The notes below the pieces were generated by a model. That model ran no database searches and was not told the origin of the DNA. It worked only from the letters and a program-made list of their open reading frames with translations. The position numbers and the translations under genes were made by a program. A DNA stretch of 64,000 nt from Monocercomonoides exilis PA203 (taxonomy: Eukaryota > Protista > Preaxostyla): contig LSRY02000008.1 of assembly GCA_001643675.2 (NCBI GenBank), forward strand, positions 1,612,001 through 1,676,000. Reading direction: 5' to 3'. Below are positions 60,003 to 64,000 of this stretch, in pieces; within the stretch, counting starts at the first letter, position 1; each line of letters begins with the position of its first letter.

Positions 60003-62459
60003 TTGTGGTTGGGGGAGTGTGGAAGGAAGGGGAGTGTGGTTGTGGTGAGGGGGTGTGCTGTGGGGATGGGGAAGGATGTTGAGGCAGGGGCATTTGATGT
60101 GAGTGGGAGCATTGGGGTGTTGAGGAACATCACATTGAAAGGGTGGAGAAGAGGGGGAGAGATCTATTCAGGCAGGCTGTTTGGAGGGAAGGGATATGGA
60201 GGGGAGAAGGGTGGAGGTGAAGAAAAAGCGAGTGAAGGAGAAGGAGGAGAAAGAGGAAGAGGAAGAGAAGGAGATGGAGATGGAGAAGGCATTGAAGGGA
60301 GTATTTCGGTGAGTGAATCACATTTCTCTTCTTTTTGTGTCTCGTCAGCCCCATTCCTTTCGTCCCCTTCAATACCCCTAATATCCCTCTCCAAACTCAC
60401 TTTTTTCAATATTTCAACAGCAAATGATGCATGTTCACCTTCAACAACTACGTCAACCCAAGCCTCATGTTTGATGAGCAGTTGTTCATTCTCATCTGTT
60501 AATGATGCATATGATGGAGGAATTGTTCCTTCTCTGAACAACCCCTATGCCTCTCTGACTGCCTCAAACACCTCATTTGTTGGGTGTTGCAGGACAAGAA
60601 ATGTTGTTTGCGAAGGAACTAAAACTAATAAGCTGGCTCCAGGAAGACAAAATGAAACATTCAATGGAGCTAATACATTCACTTGGTGCGAATGGAATGG
60701 ATCGAAGACAACAGGAGAAGCTGACTCGTATGCTGATGGAATATCTAGCGGAGGGGCCATCTGCATGTACAGTCAATCATCTGCCTCTGTGTCTGTTTCT
60801 CATTGCTCTTTCAACAACTGTTATGCTTATTATGCAGGAGGCGGTATTTATTGTTACAATATCAAATCTGTTGAGATTGTGAACAACACCTTTGATTCTT
60901 GTACTGCACAAAGTTATCGTGGTGGCGGGATGTTCATTCATACTATAAAATTGTGTGTTCGGATCAGCGGATGTGAATACCAGAATTGCAATGGAAGAGA
61001 ATGTGGAGGAGGACTTTATCTTGATTATTTTAATGTTTCAGGAACTGATTGCATTGGAACAGAAAATGGAGGAGGGGAGAGTGCGTGTGTGTTTGACTGC
61101 AGTTTCACTTCATGCTCATTGACAAACAATGGAGGTGGAGGCATGTGTTGTGCTACTGTTCCTGCGACACAATTCAAAATGAGGAGCATTCAGTTTATTT
61201 CATGTTCGGCATTTTCATATGGAGGAGGATTTTATTTAAATCCAAATCAACCAACAACGCCAAATGATAAAATATATTGTTATTTTTTATTTTTTCATGA
61301 ATGCAAATGTTCGGCCAATCCTCCTTATGGGCATGATGTGATGTATTATGATCGCTATGAACTTTTTAATTCATCTGGAAATCCATTTCATGAATGTTAC
61401 ACAACGAATACAGACAGCAGGAGGGTATGTTATGGATATAATTACACGGGAAGTAGCTGGCTATTTCAACACACAGAAAAGAAGGATTGGCTGAAAGACA
61501 AGACGTTATATGTTTCTGTGAATGGAAATGATAATTTTGAGTTGTGTGGGGCAAATGAATCAAATCCGTGTTTGACAGTGAAGAAGGCGTTTGAGATGTG
61601 TGAGGTGCAGATAAGCTTGTCAGTCACGCTGATGGAAGGGAATCACACAAGCGAGGCAACAACAGTTGAGATTGGAGAAAAGAAGATTTCAGTCATTGGG
61701 AAAGGGAGGACGGAGAGTTCGATTGGAACAGGAGCACTTTCATCTGTAGGAACGCTGTTCAGTGTGACGACAGGTCACCTTGGTTTATTGCACATGAAGG
61801 TTGATTGTAACTCAAATATAAATCCTTCGCCGAGTGTGGTTGTGGTGTCTGATGGAGGTGGGTCACTCTCATTGGAGGATGTTGTGATCACCACAAGTAT
61901 TTCTTCAGGAAACTATGTGATGTCTTCGTCAGTGTTTGTGGTGCCGCTGTCGCAGCTGTCGATGGTTGGTGTGGAGATCATAAATATGAATGTCTCAAAG
62001 CCATTGTTCTCTGAGCCGGATCCATCTTCTCCTTCTCCTTCTTCTTCTTCTTCATTGCCGTCATCTGCACTGTATCTGACAGCCACAGCATCAGGAGAGA
62101 GCGTGCTGGCGAATGTGAAGGTGACGAATGTGAAGTTGACTGAAGGAGATGGGGTGGTTGTGGCAAAGAGTGTGAAGGCTGGAGAGACATTTGGGATGAT
62201 GAGCACGAGAACAGAAGGGGGGCAGAGTGGTTGTATGTTTGGGAAGGGCGATTCTGAGATGAATTTTTGGTCACATGCGAATTTGGAGGGAGGAATAAAA
62301 AATCATAGGTGCGTTGTGAATTTGTTTCTGTTTTGCTGCAACTCGTGCAACCCACATAAAATAAGCATCATAACTGCTGCAAAACTCGAAATCTCCTGTT
62401 TTATCAAGGAGCAGAAAATCGGGTTTATTTGTGAAAAGGAAAGGAAGCAAGGTGAGTAA
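60003..62459 (+). CDS. Cassette I, the longest family member in the window
   Basis: 818-aa ORF with a D-like N-terminus, the core, and an H-like extension to ...EGDGVVVAKSVKAGETF. The last ~90 aa look non-family or decayed. Confidence 0.82.
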   Translation: MWLGECGRKGSVVVVRGCAVGMGKDVEAGAFDVSGSIGVLRNITLKGWRRGGEIYSGRLFGGKGYGGEKGGGEEKASEGEGGERGRGREGDGDGEGIEGSISVSESHFSSFCVSSAPFLSSPSIPLISLSKLTFFNISTANDACSPSTTTSTQASCLMSSCSFSSVNDAYDGGIVPSLNNPYASLTASNTSFVGCCRTRNVVCEGTKTNKLAPGRQNETFNGANTFTWCEWNGSKTTGEADSYADGISSGGAICMYSQSSASVSVSHCSFNNCYAYYAGGGIYCYNIKSVEIVNNTFDSCTAQSYRGGGMFIHTIKLCVRISGCEYQNCNGRECGGGLYLDYFNVSGTDCIGTENGGGESACVFDCSFTSCSLTNNGGGGMCCATVPATQFKMRSIQFISCSAFSYGGGFYLNPNQPTTPNDKIYCYFLFFHECKCSANPPYGHDVMYYDRYELFNSSGNPFHECYTTNTDSRRVCYGYNYTGSSWLFQHTEKKDWLKDKTLYVSVNGNDNFELCGANESNPCLTVKKAFEMCEVQISLSVTLMEGNHTSEATTVEIGEKKISVIGKGRTESSIGTGALSSVGTLFSVTTGHLGLLHMKVDCNSNINPSPSVVVVSDGGGSLSLEDVVITTSISSGNYVMSSSVFVVPLSQLSMVGVEIINMNVSKPLFSEPDPSSPSPSSSSSLPSSALYLTATASGESVLANVKVTNVKLTEGDGVVVAKSVKAGETFGMMSTRTEGGQSGCMFGKGDSEMNFWSHANLEGGIKNHRCVVNLFLFCCNSCNPHKISIITAAKLEISCFIKEQKIGFICEKERKQGE

Positions 62460-62677
62460 TTTGATGGAACATGAACGATTTATTTTTTCTTTGAAAAAAA
62501 GAGTATTCGAATTATTTTTCCATTTTCGATGTTTTGCAGAAACAAAAAGTGGACAAGTTTCTTTATTGAATCCTTCTTTTTTTCTATGAAACAATTCATA
62601 TGATTTTTATTTTTTCATTCATTGGCCAACTGCTTTTGAATGATTTTTTAGACTACAATAGTTATTAAAAATATATA

Positions 62678-62934
62678 TGGGTGATTATTTTTGAAATCAT
62701 ATTTTTTCTTACAAAAATTTCGGTGCAAAAATTTTTCTTGAAAATCAATAAAAAAAATTGAAAAGTGAAAAGGCTTATTGAATGCATTTTTATCTTTGAT
62801 TCGGATCAACCATTTGTTTTGAAAAACAATTATCATGCTTTTTCTCTTTTGAATTTAAATTTCTTTCGAAAAACTAACAATCTTTGAAAAATTAACACCC
62901 CGAAAAAAGATATGATTTCAAAAATAACCACCCA
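62678..62934. mobile_element. ~257-bp MITE family, best-preserved copy
   Basis: TA|TGGGTGATTATTTTTGAAATCATAT ... ATATGATTTCAAAAATAACCACCCA|TA: 25-bp TIR with one mismatch. Confidence 0.85.
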
Positions 62935-64000
62935 TATCGATCTTTTCTTTTTCATGCTTTTTTTTTTTCAAATGTGATTTTCACAACAACATTTTTTTAT
63001 TACAAAATGAAAAAATCAAACAGTTCCCTTGTTTGAAAAGAAATATGAAATTTCGGAACAAACTGTTGAAGAACTTCAAAAATGATTTGTTGATGAACAA
63101 ACAAACAAATGGATAAATGAATGGATGAAAAACATCAAACAATAGTATTTTCACAACAACTGATGAATGGAAAAAAAAAAAATTATTCGATTTTTTTTTG
63201 TATTTTTGTCAAATAATATCAAACTCTTCTGATTTGTCAATCATTCATTTTCATTTTGACAGGGGAAAATAAAAATGAAAACAATTATTCATTGAGAAAT
63301 CAGAGGAATTAGAAAATGGGTTCAATCTTAATTATTTAATGAAATATTTATCAAAATGAAAAATTAAAATTAAAAAATAGATCTCTTTTATAATGAAAAT
63401 AATTTTTCTTCGTTAATGGTTTATTTTTTTGTCTTTATTTTCCAATTTCAACCAAAAGGCACTCAATGGCTTTCAAAGTTATGATTTCAAAATTAATCAC
63501 TCATATTGATTTTTTCGAATTGAATGTTTGTTTTTTATTTATTTTGTTTTCTTCTTTTTTTTTATCAAAACAAATAATTCTTTCACAAAACGATGAAAAA
63601 GAAGTTTTTGAAATGCATCAACACTGATTTATTTGTTCCTTTTTTATTTTTGTTTTCCAGTCACACTTTTAACAGTTTATTTTGATGAGGGTGATTGCTT
63701 ATCTTATCCCACAAGTTTTCTGTCAAAAACGTCGATTTGAAATTGAGATTGGGACACTTGGAAATGGACACTTGAAATTGATAACTACATAGTGACAGTT
63801 CATTATTTGACTTTTTTTGTCTCAAATATAAGGTTTGTTTGGTTATTGAAAATCCTATTACACTTCAACTGAATATTCACAAGTCAATCTCGAAAAGCTG
63901 TATGATCATCCATTCTCCAATTTATTTTCTGATCTCATAACTCATTTTCCATATTCATCTCGATTATTTCTTTTCATTTGATTCAATGATTATGGAATTG

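Noticed and set aside
2935-62355. Numerous short antisense and alternate-frame ORFs overlapping the cassettes
   Set aside because: They are shadow ORFs of the main coding frame, repeated only because the cassettes are repeated.
2868-62459. Diversity-generating retroelement as the source of variation
   Set aside because: No reverse transcriptase or template/variable repeat pair is visible. Variation is block-wise and not restricted to adenines.
2868-62459. Non-canonical code (TAA/TAG = Gln) explaining the truncated ends
   Set aside because: The intact cores contain no in-frame TAA/TAG and encode Gln with CAA/CAG. The decayed flanks also contain TGA stops and frameshifts.

Overview
AT-rich eukaryotic DNA in the standard genetic code. 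The protein style resembles the large Cys/Gly-rich surface-protein families of oxymonads such as Monocercomonoides; that attribution is pattern recognition and is not verified. The window is a chain of four large palindromes. P0 is centred at ~1,148 and runs off the left edge. P1 is centred at ~17,448 with ~11 kb arms. P2 is centred at ~30,930 with ~1.2 kb near-identical arms. P3 is centred at ~43,029 with ~10.3 kb arms. Together with the region beyond P3 they carry 14 copies (9 sequence types, here A-I) of one Cys-rich GGG/GGAI-repeat, parallel beta-helix-like protein cassette. The cassettes flanking each centre point tail-to-tail towards it. Each cassette type keeps an open ~430-480 codon core, while its 5' end (no convincing start or signal peptide) and 3' end (no intact anchor) are decayed. 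The cores are patchwork mosaics of one another, with variation focused in short loops just before each GGG motif. Palindrome arms end inside cassettes at conserved motifs, and three of the four centres sit on or next to small TIR (MITE-like) elements. Best hypothesis: a palindrome-organised archive of silent, gene-converting cassettes that diversifies a surface protein, analogous to vls/msp2/VSG archives. No rRNA, tRNA, CRISPR, transposase or reverse transcriptase was recognised.
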